Below, one piece after another: positions 36,936-50,939 of a DNA stretch of 64,000 nt; positions within the stretch are counted from its first letter, which is position 1, and every line of letters starts with the position of its first letter. Origin of the DNA: Octopus sinensis (taxonomy: Eukaryota); assembly GCF_006345805.1 (NCBI RefSeq), contig NC_043001.1, positions 84,320,001 to 84,384,000 on the forward strand, written 5' to 3'. Made by a program: the position numbers and the translations under genes. The notes under the pieces were generated by a model. The model was not told where the DNA came from. It searched no databases and was given only the letters and a program-made list of their open reading frames with translations.

Positions 36936-37144
36936 CATGGTAGTGCTGAAATGTTCCTGGCTTTAAGGATTTCGCGAAAGGTCTAGTTGGAGGCCTAAAC
37001 TTCCGAGTTTTTATACAAGGCTTGGAAAAACTGAAGAAGCAGTGCAGTAAATGTGTGGATTTGAGATGGGGATATGTTGAATAAGATCACAATTAACTGC
37101 TCCACTCGTATTTTCTTTTACCCAAACTTTTCAGCACACCCTCG
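36936..37144 (+). mobile_element. Internally deleted mariner (MITE-sized)
   Basis: TA-flanked ends ..gtgctgaaatgttcctgg / ..aacttttcagcacaccctcg; interior retains the transposase C-terminus (FY.QGLEKLKKQCSKCVDL..GYVE*). Confidence 0.75.
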
Positions 37145-37319
37145 TAAACAAAATAATATATTAATAAATACACGAATTTTATGCATCATTTTCCTTATAA
37201 TTCTTTAATTTCAATTTTGAATTTCTAACCATCTCTCGTCTTATAACGAAATGATTATCTCACTTCTAATAGGTATGATTGTTAGAGGAATAACATGTGT
37301 TTATCTACTATCTTTTACT

Positions 37320-37815
37320 TGCTTCAGTCATTGGATTGCGACCATACTGGTGCATCGCCTTGAAAAGTTTAATCAAACGACTGTGCACCAGTAGTTAAAT
37401 CTGTTACTTTTTCTATTCGTTTCTTTGCCGAACAGCTAGTATTTGACAAACATGCCAAATATAGTTGCGAGGGCGTAGTGTGGGACAAATACAAACACAA
37501 AGATACTCATCCGCATCCACATAAGATACACCTCGACATACATACACTGGCGAAAATTAATTTAAGACCGATGATAAAAGTTCTATTTCTTACCAAATAT
37601 TTTGTTACTAACGCCATACTAATTATTTTTATCTTTTACACCTTATGCAGAATTTATTTCTCTTTCGAAGAGGCAGACAATAACTATTTTTATACAACTT
37701 GGAGAATTCTAATGCTAAATTAATAAAAACAATTTGTATGGTGTTAGTAACAAAATATTTTGTAAGAAATAGAACTTTTATCATCGGTGTTAAATGTATT
37801 TTCGCTAGTGTACAC

Positions 37816-37849
<34 letters not shown>

Positions 37850-37995
37850 CATATATATATGATAGGATTATATACATTTTCCGTTTACCAAATTCACACC
37901 CAAGCCTTTGGTAGGTCTGAAGTAATAGCAGAAAACACTCGCTCAATGTACCGTAAAGTGGGACTGAACCGAAAATTGAGTGGTTGCAAAGCAAT
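37320..37995 (-). mobile_element. Family C SINE split into tail (37320-37505) and head (37875-37995) pieces
   Basis: gcttcagtcattggattgcgaccatactgg..; tttccgtttaccaaattcacacccaagcc..gtgggactgaacc. Confidence 0.6.
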
Positions 37996-38733
37996 CATTT
38001 TATCTATACCGTCATGCCCGTTTAAATTTGCTTTATATCTCAGTATACCCAATTGTGCGCATTTGTAAGGGAATGTGTGTGTGAGTGTTGTGTGTGTGTG
38101 TGTGTGTGTGAGTGAAATGCTGTGTGTTCGGTAAGAGTAATCTAGCATTTCACTTAGAAATGGCAAGTTATTTGTATTAAAGCGTATTTTTTACAATTAG
38201 CTACGTATCAACGCAACTAATTAAAAGATCAATTACTAAAGTTCAAGCGCTACAGCAATTTGCGATCGACTATAAATAATGACTGGCAGTGAGAGATAGA
38301 TATAGATGAGAGAGAGAGAGAGAGAGAGTGAGAGAGAGAGTGAGAGAGAGAGAAAGAGGGAGAGAGAGAGGGAGGTATATCAAACGCATGATGTAATTGA
38401 AAGAAATTGGCGGATGGACCGAGGGGGAAGGGCACGGAGTAATTGTGAAAGGTGAACATAAGAATTGATAAATTTGTATCTGTGGTACGAGGTGAGTAAT
38501 GGAAGGGCAAAGTCGATATAACTTGGTTGATCTATGGATTAATTTATAAAGTGCATAGGGGTACAAATGATTCGTAGAGATAAATGTATTTGTGTGCGGG
38601 AGCTTCCGGTGAGTGTTCGCGTGTGCATATGTTCGTTATATATATAATATATAATATATTATTTTAACACCTCAATTGTATATATATAATATATAATATA
38701 TATATATATATATCTATATATATACATATATAT

Positions 38734-38764
<31 letters not shown>

Positions 38765-39535
38765 GTATGTTATATATAATATATATTTATATATATGATA
38801 TATATATATATTAGTTGTTGTGTGTATTGTGTTGCTTATAACTAACGCCTTAAACTGTGGTGAACGTCCTGAAAATCATTTCGTATGGATGACAAAAGCT
38901 AAGAAACGTTGGGTTCTATCGGTTGACGATAGTGTCGCGTGATTTCACAGTATTGCCGATCATGGGCAGTAGCCACTGAATGCTAGTCGAAAAACGATAT
39001 AAATAAAAATTGATAAAATATGAGTGGTTTTATGCACCGTGCGCTCTTCTGAGAGGTCCTCTCATGGTGATTACCGCAGCATTCAGCGTTTTAGCATCCA
39101 CGTGAAGATTCATAAAAAAATTGACTTTGTCACTAATAATTATATAATATACATACATACATACATACATATCCAAACGGATATTGAATAATACTGGACA
39201 AGAGTCAGTCATACTACGAAAAGCAGTCGGGCGTTTATAAATTAGCTATAAGCATTAGAAAAACAGCATTTTCCGGGACGTTACCGCAGTCTACGGCGTT
39301 ATAAACAGCACATTCAAGTTCGATTGGATATGTTAATTGTTATTCCTGACGAAAGATGCGTCTATCTTCTTTCGTATAAAGATCTATAACATAGGCATCA
39401 GACTGAAGCAAGTATTAAGGTCGGTGTAATCGATTAAATACTTGAAGGCTTCTTTACAATGAATTAAGCTAGTACAAGTAGACACCACGCATGCACATAC
39501 ACGCACACATACACACACACGCACACACACACACA

Positions 39536-39573
<38 letters not shown>

Positions 39574-39779
39574 AAACACGCACCTGATGTGGCATGAAAA
39601 TCGCGGTGGCATCAGTTTCAATACACTGTGAGTGTATATATATGTATATATATATGCATGCATGTGAGCTTGTTAATATACGAATTTAAGTATTATGTAT
39701 TGTTGTTGGCATTCTTTTCTCTAGGGAAACAATGGAGTTGCGCATAAACTAATCCAGTCTGGTTTTTACATTTCATGCC

Positions 39780-40130
39780 CTCTCTAGTTTCCTCTCCAGT
39801 TTTGCGCAGGCCTGGGCTAGATGTAAGAAAATCCTGGGAACCCCAATCACCAGGATTCCCCTCTCGACCTTGCTGACGTAGTCCAAAGAAGTGCAGAGCA
39901 TTACGTTTACGTTTGGCACCAGCTTGGTTGCATGAGCTGCCAGAAGAGTATCTAGTCGAACACTAAACTGCCTACAGGGCTCCACTCTCGATTTCTCTGA
40001 AGGTTGTCGCCTTTCCGTAACCCTTGATAGGGGCCCATACCGGGTACTGTCAGCCGGAGCCAGTTGAGCCCGGGACTCGTATCAGGCAGGGTCGTCACTC
40101 CCTGATGTAGTGAAGAAAATCGCTACCCAC
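39780..40130 (-). mobile_element. RTE/BovB-like LINE 5' region relic (copy 1)
   Basis: Minus strand has ggaaagg..ggagccctgtaggcagtt..ttctggcagctc..gctggtgccaaacgta, resembling RTE 5' UTR sequences as I recall them. Confidence 0.45.
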
Positions 40131-40175
40131 TACTTACATGTATTATGTGTATAGACACACACACACACACACAAA

Positions 40176-40263
<88 letters not shown>

Positions 40264-40818
40264 CACGTGTGTGTGTTTGCGTGTATCTATGTATATTAAC
40301 TAGAGAGAAAGAAAGAAAACGAGGAAGCAGATTTAAGTCGAACACAAACAGTTGATTTTTAACTCTATTTGATGCCTTTTTAAACTCTATTTCAATCTTA
40401 AGAATGCCAGAATGCTGTGCACACTGTCCCCTTCCTAACGAAAAGTATTAAATATAAAACGTAATGCAATGTTGTAAATGATAGCAACAGCAGACATTTT
40501 AACTATACGGTCATGCCCGTTTAAATTTGTTTTATACCTCAGTATACCCAATTGTGCGCATTTGTAAGGGAATGTGTGTGTGAGTGATGTGTGTGTGTGT
40601 GTGAGTGTTGTGTGTGTGTGTGTGTGTGTATGTGTGTGTGAAATGCTGTGTGTTCGGTAAGAGTAATCTAGCATTTCACTTAGAAATGGCAAGTTATTTG
40701 TATTGAAGCGTATTTTTTACAATTAGCTACGTATCAACGCAACTAATTGAAAGATCAATTACTAAAGTTCAAGCGCTACAGCAAATTGCGATCGACTATA
40801 AATAATGACTGGCAGTGA

Positions 40819-40857
<39 letters not shown>

Positions 40858-40858
40858 T

Positions 40859-40889
<31 letters not shown>

Positions 40890-41159
40890 GGGGGGTAATA
40901 TCAACGCATGATGTAATTGAAAGAAATTGGCGGATGGACCGAGGGGAAGGGCAAGGAGTAAATTGTGAAAAGGTGAACATAAGAATTGATAAATTTGTAT
41001 CTGTGGTACGAGGTGAGTAATGGAAGGTCAAAGTCGTTATAACTTGGTTGATCTATGGATTAATTTATAAAGTGCATAGGGGTACAAATGATTCGGTAGA
41101 GATAAATGTATTTGTGTGCGGGAAGCTTCCGGTGAGGTTGCGTGTGTGCATATGTATTC

Positions 41160-41485
<326 letters not shown>

Positions 41486-42151
41486 GCTTATAACGCCTTA
41501 AACTGTGGTGAACGTCCTGAAAAATCATTTCGTATGGATGACAAAAGCTAAGAAACGTTGGGTTCTATCGGCTGACGATAGTGTCGCGTGATTTCACAGT
41601 ATTGCCGATCATGGGCAGTAGCCACTGAATGCTAGTCCGAAAAACGATATAAATAAAAATTGATATAAATATGAGTGGTTTTATGCACCGTGCGCTCTTC
41701 TGAGAGGTCCTCTCATGGTGATTACCGCAGCATTCAGCGTTTTAGCATCCACGTGAAGATTCATAAAAAAATTGACTTTTGTCACTAATAATTATATAAT
41801 ATACATACATACATACATACATATCCAAACGGATATTGAATAATACTGGACAAAGAGTCAGTCATACTACGAAAAGCAGTCGGGCTGTTTATAAATTAGC
41901 TATAAGCATTAGAAACAGCATTTTCCGGGACGTTTACCGCAGTCTACGGCGTTATAAACAGCACATTCAAGTTCGATTGGATATGTTAATTGTTATTCCT
42001 GACAAAAGATGCGTCTATCTTCTTTCGTATAAAGATCTATAACATAGGCATCAGACTGAAGCAAGTATTAAGGTCGGTGTAATCGATTAAATACTTGAAG
42101 GCTTCTTTACAATGAATTAAGCTAGTACAAGTAGACACCACGCATGCACAT

Positions 42152-42200
<49 letters not shown>

Positions 42201-42203
42201 CAC

Positions 42204-42243
<40 letters not shown>

Positions 42244-42363
42244 AAACACGCACCTGATCTGGCATGAAAATCGCGGTGGCATTTATCTCGCGTCACAAGA
42301 TAAACATCAGTTTCAATACACTATGAATGTATATGTATATATATATATATATATATTATTAAC

Positions 42364-42398
<35 letters not shown>

Positions 42399-42420
42399 AT
42401 TAACACACTCACATACATGC

Positions 42421-42452
<32 letters not shown>

Positions 42453-42569
42453 GCATGTATGTGAGTGTGTTAATATACGAATTTAAGTATTATGTATTGT
42501 TGTTGGCATTCTTTTCTCTAGGGAAACAATGGAGTTGCGCATAAACTAATCCAGTCTAGTTTTTACATT

Positions 42570-42915
42570 TCATGCCCTCTCCAGTTTTGCGCAGGCCTGG
42601 GCTAGATGTAAGAAAATCCTGGGAGCCCCAATCACCAGGATTCCCCTCTCGACCTTGCTGACGTAGTCCAAAGAAGTGCAGAGCATTACGTTTACGTTTG
42701 GCACCAGCTTTGTTGCATGAGCTGCCAGAAGAGTATCTAGTCGAACACTAAACTGCCTACAGGGCTCCACTCTCGATTTCTTTGAAGGTTGTTGCCTTTC
42801 CGTAACCCTGGATAGGGGCCCATACCGGGTACTGTCAGCCGGAGCCAGTTGAGCCCGGGACTCGTGTCAGGCAGGGTCGTCACTCCCTGAAGTAGTGAAG
42901 AAAATCGCTACCCAC
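42570..42915 (-). mobile_element. RTE/BovB-like LINE 5' region relic (copy 2)
   Basis: Near-identical duplicate of 39780-40130. Confidence 0.45.
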
Positions 42916-42973
42916 TACTTACATGTATTATGTGTATAGACACGCACACACAACACACAACACACACACACAC

Positions 42974-43062
<89 letters not shown>

Positions 43063-43067
<5 letters not shown>

Positions 43068-43205
43068 TGCAGCGTGGAAGGTGTTTATAAGCCATTTAAG
43101 AAACACACAAAAGCCGTTCGATTCACTTCAACATTTAAGTTTAATTTGTCAAAATATTTTCGTCGCTAAAATCCGCGACCTGTTCACTGACAAAGTTCGT
43201 GCTGC
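43063..43205. mobile_element. Short insertion in (TA)n, probably a PLE terminal fragment
   Basis: 143-bp block present in repeat copy 2 but absent from the equivalent (TA)n of copies 1 and 3. The family call is inference. Confidence 0.5.
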
Positions 43206-43780
43206 ATATATATATACACACATGTGTGTGTGTGTTTGAGTGTATTTATGTATATTAACTAGAGAGAAAGGAAGAAAACGAGGAAGCAGATTTAAGTCGA
43301 ACACAAACAGTTAATTTTTAACTCTATTTGATGCCTTTTTAAACTCTATTTCATTCTTAAGAATGCCAGAATGCTGTGCACACTGTCCCCTTCCTAACGA
43401 AAAGTATTAAATATAAAACGTAATGCAATGCTGTAAATGATAGCAACAGCAAACATTTTAACTATACGGTCATGCCCGTTTAAATTTGTTTTATACCTCA
43501 GTATACCCAATTGTGCGCATTTGTAAGGGAATGTGTGTGTGAGTGATGTGTGTGTGTGTGTGAGTGTTGTGTGTGGTGTGTGTGGTGTGATGTGTGTGTG
43601 AAATGTGCTGTGTTTCGGTAAGAGTAATCTAGCATTTCACTTAGAAATGGCAAGTTATTTGTATTGAAGCGTATTTTTTACAATTAGCTACGTATCAACG
43701 CAACTAATTGAAAGATCAATTACTAAAGTTCAAGCGCTACAGCAAATTGCGATCGACTATAAATAATGACTGGCAGTGAG

Positions 43781-43832
<52 letters not shown>

Positions 43833-44619
43833 GGGGGGTAATATCAACGCATGATGTAATTGAAAGAAATTGGCGGATGGACCGAGGGGAAGGGCAAGGA
43901 GTAAATTGTGAAAAGGTGAACATAAGAATTGATAAATTTGTATGTGTGGTACAAATTTGTATGTGTGGTACATCGTCACTCCCTGATGTAGTGAAGAAAA
44001 TCGCTACCCACTACTTACATGTATTATGTGTATAGACACACACACACAACACACACACACACACACACACACCACACACACACACACACCACACACATAT
44101 ATATATATACACGGTGTGTGTTTGCGTGTGTATCTATGTATATTAACTAGAGAGAAAGAAAGAAAACGAGGAGGCAGCAGATTTAAGTCGAACACAAACA
44201 GTTGATTTTTAACTCTATTTGATGCTTTTTAAACTCTATTTCAATCTTAAGAATGCCAGAATGCTGTGCACACTGTCCCCTTCCTAACGAAAAGTATTAA
44301 ATATAAAACGTATTGCAATGCTGTAAATGGGAGTGGGAGGAGACGTGTGTGTATCTGCGACAAATGTTTCGTTCGCATCCAACGTTCAGTAGAAATGCTA
44401 ATATAGATACGCCGCATATAAGATTACAATCATTATGCTCGTACATGATAGATATCGTACACCACATACAAACTTTGATCATGTTCTCTCGGAGTTACAC
44501 TGATGATTTTTGACAACTTGTATCTCAAGATGTGTAATTAATTTCATACTTCTCCAATCGTTGGTAAATTGTTTATTCTTTATCTTCACATATAAGATAT
44601 ATACATTAAGCGTTTTTAC

Positions 44620-45629
44620 TTTTTATTTTACCCGCTTTGAGAATGAGGGGTGAAAAAATTGTCATTTTACGCTATCTCTGAGAAAGTGGACAGAGTCCAA
44701 GGGCAGCGGCAAGAAAAATTAATGGAATGCCCAGGAACTGTCAATGAACGTGTGACACAAAATTGGTTCAAATATTTCAAAGACGTGGATCCAGTCTCCG
44801 AAACAAACGAAGATTCGGGAGACCTTCCGTTGTGGAATATTGGGCCTTACTTGAAATGGTTGACAGTCAAACACAAGCACTCGTACGTTCTCCTCAGAAC
44901 TTGATCCTTCACAAAGCAGCATCAGTCGATGCCTCTATAAGCTCGGCTTTATGAACAGGTGCTAAAGAGAAACTCCTCATGAACTGACCGACGACTAGGT
45001 GCAACGACGTGTGAGTGTTTGCTGGTAAAACGTCGAGATTCCCGCTTTTAATGTCGTATTGTAACTGAGGAAGAAAAATGGATCTATTTTTGTAATCCTA
45101 ATAAGAGAAATCAGTGGCTTTGTTCCGATCAGTCTTCAGAACCTGTTGTCAAACAAGAGCAGTTTGAACAGACCATATCGTGTGGAATTTCAAGGGAGAG
45201 TTGCTCTTTGAGCTAGTCCCAGATAGTCATACAGTATACGCTAACTTGTATGCTCAAGAGCTTTGGCGAGTATATGATGCCTGACCAAGCGAAAACTTCA
45301 GGAACTTGGGGGAATGGAACTGCTGTCTCATCCTGTCTAGAGTCCAGACCTTGCACTATCAGATCATCACCTTTTACGAGCCAAGGATCATTTCGTTTAC
45401 GGACAGAGGCTCAACTATATGGATGAGATTCAAAGCGGGTGCAGGGAGGAGTTTTTGCCTCTAAAACAGCCAAATGACATAAGCATGGAGTTGAGCTTCA
45501 GGCACAACGATCGCGACAGAGAAAATAGTATGTGGATGGACATATTTTATTGAAGACACGCTTTTCGTATGTAATTTGTTTGAAATATTAATTAAAGCTT
45601 GAAAGTACGAATTTTGACTCAACCTAGTA
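44620..45629 (+). mobile_element. Old mariner relic
   Basis: GTVNERVTQNWFKYFKD (HTH), PDLALSDHHLLRA (SPDLAPSD-like) at ~45345-45380, and a mariner-type end ttttgactcaacctagta. Confidence 0.7.
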
Positions 45630-46262
45630 GAAATGAAAGCGTTTAGTAGTAGTCTCAATAACTCCGTCGGACAATGAGATACATTAAAAAAATAAAGTAA
45701 CAAAATATCTAGATCACATAGACATGACGTTTAAATGGTATCACACTAAATTTGTGCCAACCATTATTATCTCATCCGGTATACTTTAGACTAGAACTAT
45801 TCCGGTATTCATTTCCCCTCAGTCAGTCAAGTCACCATGGCTAAGGCTGAATAAAGGTGGGGGAGAATTATATACATATTGATGCAACAATAACCTACTC
45901 TAAAATTTCTTCATCGTGTCACTGTTAATAACTCTGACTTTTCAAGGTCAAATGATTTGATATTTACATTTACAGACTGCATTTTCTTGTTATTTTTTTC
46001 TCTCTTTATTATAGTAGTATCGAGGCTCGTGGTTGTTGATACAGAAGTGGTTATGGTGGTAGTAGTGGGTCTGATAGCAGCTAACGCGATAGTAACTATA
46101 CTACAAATGATAGTTTGGGCGGTGTATACTTGGTAGTTGGTAGTATGATTTTGGTCATGCTGTTGATACTGTCGCACTTAACCCGTTATTGGTGGTCATG
46201 GCAATAGCTGTTACAATGGTGGTGGTTATGAGTTTAGAAACAGTAGTAACTGAGAAAATATT

Positions 46263-46570
46263 GAAGGTGCATGGCCTTGTGGTTAGTGCATTCGGTTCAC
46301 GATCGTAAGGTCGTGAGTTCGATTTCCGAGGGCGCGTTCTGTCCTTGAGCAAGATACTTTATTTCACGGTGCTCCAGTTCACTCAGCTGGCAAAAATGAA
46401 TTGTACATGTTGTTCGGAGGTCCAGCCTTGTCATATTCTGTGGAAACCACGTTAAGTTTACGCGTATCTGCGGTATGCTCAACCACTTGCAAGTTAATTT
46501 CATGAACCGACTGTTCCATTGAGCGAATAAACTGTAACACTCATCGTCGTAACCGACGGAGTGCCCGGCC
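46263..46570 (+). mobile_element. Family B-related SINE
   Basis: tggccttgtggttagtgc..gagttcgattcc-like B box, gtccttgagcaagatacttt..gctccagttcactcagctggcaaaa with a different tail. Confidence 0.7.
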
Positions 46571-46636
46571 AGTTGAAGTGGTAGCATCTGTGTTAGAAGA
46601 TAGTAGTTATGACAATGGTAGAATTGTGATGTAGTA

Positions 46637-46638
46637 AC

Positions 46639-46690
<52 letters not shown>

Positions 46691-46762
46691 ATGGTAGTGA
46701 AAGTGGTGGTCGTAGGAGTAGAAGCTGCAGCTGCAGTAACAACAGCAGTAATATTATTATTA

Positions 46763-46817
<55 letters not shown>
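46637..46817. repeat. (GTA)n and (TTA)n microsatellites at the 3' end of the Dong/R4 element
   Basis: Directly visible. Confidence 0.95.
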
Positions 46818-46820
<3 letters not shown>

Positions 46821-49471
46821 TAGTTTTATTTTTATAGCGTGCTTTCACTTCACTACCGAGCGCAGCTCTGTGTGCCTTGGGTATGTGCTGTGATTTGTTG
46901 TGATGCTCTGATGGTTATTGTATGGAAAGTGTTCTGCGTAGGATGTGTGCAGTGCCTAGTAGTGCAATTTTCTGTATGTTATATGTGTTTGTAAGTCCTG
47001 GTGTTTTTTGTTATGTATTTGTCTGAATATTTTTTTATCATGCCTAATGCACCTACTATGATAGGAATTGTTTCTGTTTTCAGGTTCCACATTCTAGTTA
47101 TCTCTATTTCCAGGTCTTTGTATTTTGAGAGTTTCTCCATTTCTTTTAGAGACACGTTGTCATCAGCCGGTATTGATACATCAATTAGAAGGCATTTTTT
47201 TTCTTCATGATCTCTGACAACTATATCTGGTCTGTTGGCCTTAATTTCTCTATCTGTGTGTATCGGCATATCCCAGAGTATGGTTGATTTCTCGTTTTCT
47301 GTGACCTTTTCTGGTGTGTGCCTATACCATCTTTTTTCTGTTGTTATTCCATAATGTTGGCATAGCTTCCAATGTATGTAGGTTCCAACTCTGTCATGTC
47401 TGTGAATATTTTCCTTCTTAGCCAGGACTGGGCAGCTAGAGATAATATGATTTATTGTTTCTTGTCCATCTCCACATATTCTGCAGTTACTTGTAATATT
47501 TCTTTTCATTACATGTTTTGGTAATTTCTGGTGGGGAGGCTTTGGTCTTGTGCTGCAATTAAAAATCCCTCTGTTTCTGCTTTGAGTCCTGAGCTTCTCA
47601 ACCATTGCTGGGATTTTTCTTTGTCTATTTCTTTTGCGTTAGTTTAGTGCAGTATTTACCATGAAGGGCTTTTCTTGCCATCGTTTTATCATGGCTCGTT
47701 GCTGTTCTATTTTTAGTTTGGATTTCATTTTGTTTTATAGCTTTTGTGGTGTTTCTTCATCATCTTCTTCTTCTTCTTTGGTTTATTAGGTGGTATGATT
47801 TCTTGTTTGTATTTGTCAGCTTCCTTAAATACTGAGAAAACAGTTTTTTTTTGCTCGTGTTTTGCTGCTATCTGGATCAGTTTTCCTTCCTTCTGAAATA
47901 GGTATTTTTGCAGTCCTATGGTGGTTATTTTATAGTAGTTTTCCAGCTGTATAGGCCTCTACCACCTTCTATACGTTGTATATAGTCTTTCTATGTCAGA
48001 TTTTGGGTGATGCATCCTAGATCCTGTCATTATTTTTCTTGTTTTCCTATCTATTTTGGACAGTTCATTTCGTGTCCAGTTAAGGATATTGTAGCTGTAA
48101 CTTATAACTGGGACAGCTAAAGTGTTGATACCTATTATCTTGTTTTTAGCATGAGCTCTGTTTTTAGTATTGATCTAACTCGTCTATAATAGTCTTTTTT
48201 ATTTTCTCTTTCATTTGTGTGTGTTGTGTCTTATCTAGTTCATGGATTCCTAAGTATTTGTAAGTTTGGCTTTGGTCTAATTCTTTTATTTCATTGGTTT
48301 TATCTAGTGTGATGTTGTTACTCTTAACTAGTTTTCCTCTTTTCATGGTTACTTTGGCGCATTTTTCTAATCCAAATTTCATATCTATTTCTTTGGTAAA
48401 TCCATGAACTGTCTTTAATAGTGTTTCCAGCTGTTTGTCATTTGCAGCGTATAGTTTTAGGTCATCCATATATAAAAGGTGGCTGATCGTTTTGCCGTAA
48501 CATTTATATCCGCATCCAGTTCTATTTAGCATATCAGATAGAGGTGACAGTGCCAAGCAGAAAAGGAGTGGAGAGAGCGTGTCTCCCTGGAATATTCCTC
48601 TTCTAATGGGGATATCTTTGGTTTTCATGAGTCCCTCTTTTGTTTGGAGGTGTAGGACTGTTTGCCATTTATTCATAGAGTGCTCTATGAATTTTATGAT
48701 TGTTGGTGCTACTTTGTTAATGGCTAGTGTTTCGAGGATCCATGTGTGGGGGATGCTATCAAACGCCTTTTTGTAGTCAATCCAGGCCATACTGAGGCCT
48801 TTCTTCTTTCTGTGGCTGTCTTCAGTTACGGCTTTATTAATCATTAGTTGATCTTTACAGCCATATGAGCCCTTGCGGCATCCTTTCTGCTCTTCTGGGA
48901 ACAGTTTGTTTTCGTCCAGGTGCTTGTTCAGCCTTTGCGATATCACTGCATTAAATGCCTTGAACATAGTAGGGAGGCGGGTTATTGGTCTGTAGTTTTC
49001 TGGTTTTGTTGTTTCATTTGATTTGGGAATTAAGATGGTTTTCCCCTTCGTGAGCCATTCAGGCATTGTCTCTGGCTCTGCTAGTATGCTGTTAAAGTTT
49101 TCAGCCAGCTTTTTGTGCATTCCTGTTAGATATTTCAACCAGAAGTTGGGGATCTTGTCATGCCCAGGTGCCTTCCAGTTGCTTAGTTTTTGCAGTGCCT
49201 GGGTGACCTCTTCAGTTGTTATGGGCGTCCAAAGTTGTTCAGATGCCGAGTTTGTTATTTTCATACTCCTTTTTTTGGCTGTTCGTTCGCCGACCATATT
49301 CTCTCCAGAATTCTTCCAATTCTTCTGCCGTTGGTGCTGCAGTGACTTTTATTTTATTTTTGCCCAGTTCTTGGTAGAAATTTTGGGGTCGGAGTTGAAC
49401 TTTTTGTTCTGTTCAAAGAAGCGTTGGCGTTTCTCGTACCGGCGGATCCTTTGAGCTTTGGCAAGGATATC
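46818..49471 (-). mobile_element. 5'-truncated Dong/R4-clade non-LTR retrotransposon (RT + CCHC + restriction-like endonuclease)
   Basis: RT motifs KAPGHDKI, GIFQGDTLSPLLF, LLYMDDLKLY (48164-49297); CRICGDGQETINHIISSC knuckle and RPDIV..LIDVS..EK..KY endonuclease (46979-47605). Several frameshifts; flanked by (TAA)n on both sides. Confidence 0.92.
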
Positions 49472-49489
49472 TTATTATTATTATTATTA

Positions 49490-49527
<38 letters not shown>

Positions 49528-50082
49528 GAGTGAGAGAGCAGTTCATGCCATCAAAGTGACACTGGGGTAAAATATACGAAGCCCAATATACCCATCATGA
49601 CTACCCGTCTGATAAGGGTACACCAGGCACATGCATCACAACCATATGTGCGCGACATGGTGATATCATATCAAGATAAACAGCGCATGACCTTGCAGGT
49701 GGGGCCCAGTTAGAATTTTCTTCAGGTTGAGTAGCCCATCCCGCTCAAAAGGTCCCTGAATAAGGGTTGTTTAAGGATGTTGAAAGAACCACTCATGTTT
49801 CCAGAGGTGAATTATTCAAACCCCAAAGAATCCCTCTCAACACATGGCTATGATGCTCCCCCACTACTTCTGCTCGTGATCAGATGCACATATCGTCAGC
49901 CACTAAGGGACATGCTCAACTGGTTAAGGTCAAACAACTGACAAGCAAATCTGTGGTATTGAGCAGAATATTTGCTGTAGCCCATCTTTTATACCAAGAC
50001 AAAACAATGTACATGATAACACTTGCAATCAGTTAAGATCAGAAGCCATGAGAGCCACTGCCTGGTACTGCATCAGGGCATT
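49528..50082. mobile_element. ~550-bp non-coding interspersed element embedded in (TAA)n
   Basis: Sharply bounded, higher-GC block between two (ATT)n tracts; no ORF or tRNA head recognised. Repeat status is from recollection of Octopus DNA, not shown by a second copy here. Confidence 0.5.
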
Positions 50083-50096
50083 TATTATTATTATTA

Positions 50097-50135
<39 letters not shown>

Positions 50136-50158
50136 CATTATCAGTAGTGGTAGTAGTA

Positions 50159-50465
50159 GGCGCAAGTGGCTGTGTGGTAAGTAGCTTGCTTACCAACCAA
50201 ATGGTTCCGTGTTTAGTCACCTTGAGCAAGAGTCTTCTACTATAGCCTCAGGCCGACCAAAGCCTTGTGAGTGGATTTAGTAGACGGATATATGTATATA
50301 TGTATATATATATGTGTGTGTGTGTGTATACATTTGTGTGTCTGTGTTTGTCCCCCCAACATTGCTTGACAACCGATGCTGTTGTATTTACGTCCCCGTA
50401 ACTTAGCGGTTCGGCAAAAGAGACCGATAGAATAAGTACTACACTTACAAAGAATAAGTCCTGGG
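50159..50465 (+). mobile_element. Family C SINE
   Basis: ggcgcaagtggctgtgtggtaagtagcttgctt..gagtggatttagtagacgg..gtccccgtaacttagcggttcggcaaaagagaccgatagaataagtact. Confidence 0.85.
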
Positions 50466-50473
50466 AGTAAACG

Positions 50474-50528
<55 letters not shown>

Positions 50529-50939
50529 GTAGTAGTAGTAGTAGTAGTAGTAGTAGAGTAGTAGTAGTAGTAGTAGTAGTAGTTGCAGCAGCAGTAGTAG
50601 TAGCAAGGACTATGTTAGTGAAGGCTCTGGTACGAGTAGCTTAAGTGTTATTGTGCTAATAGTATATGCTATGTAATTAGTAGTACAGGCAGTAGTAGTT
50701 CAGGTGTTGATGGTTGTGTTGCCGGTGGTTAGAGTAATATTAGTTGAGGTAGTAGTGGTTATAAAAATGTTTATAGTTTTAATAGTGGCAATGACATCTG
50801 TTGTTGTAGTTATGGTATTTATACTGGATAGTGGTGGTAGTGGTGGTTTGCATGTTGTTGCTCTTGTTGTAGTTCGTGATGCTTGAGGTGGTAGTCTGAA
50901 CGTGGTTGCGTTCTTGCCCTGTTCTATTATCTGTTATCT

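Noticed and set aside
39780-40130. HDV-like ribozyme in the RTE 5' relic
   Set aside because: I could not assemble the P1/P2/P3/P1.1 pseudoknot by eye on either strand; a descriptor search would be needed.
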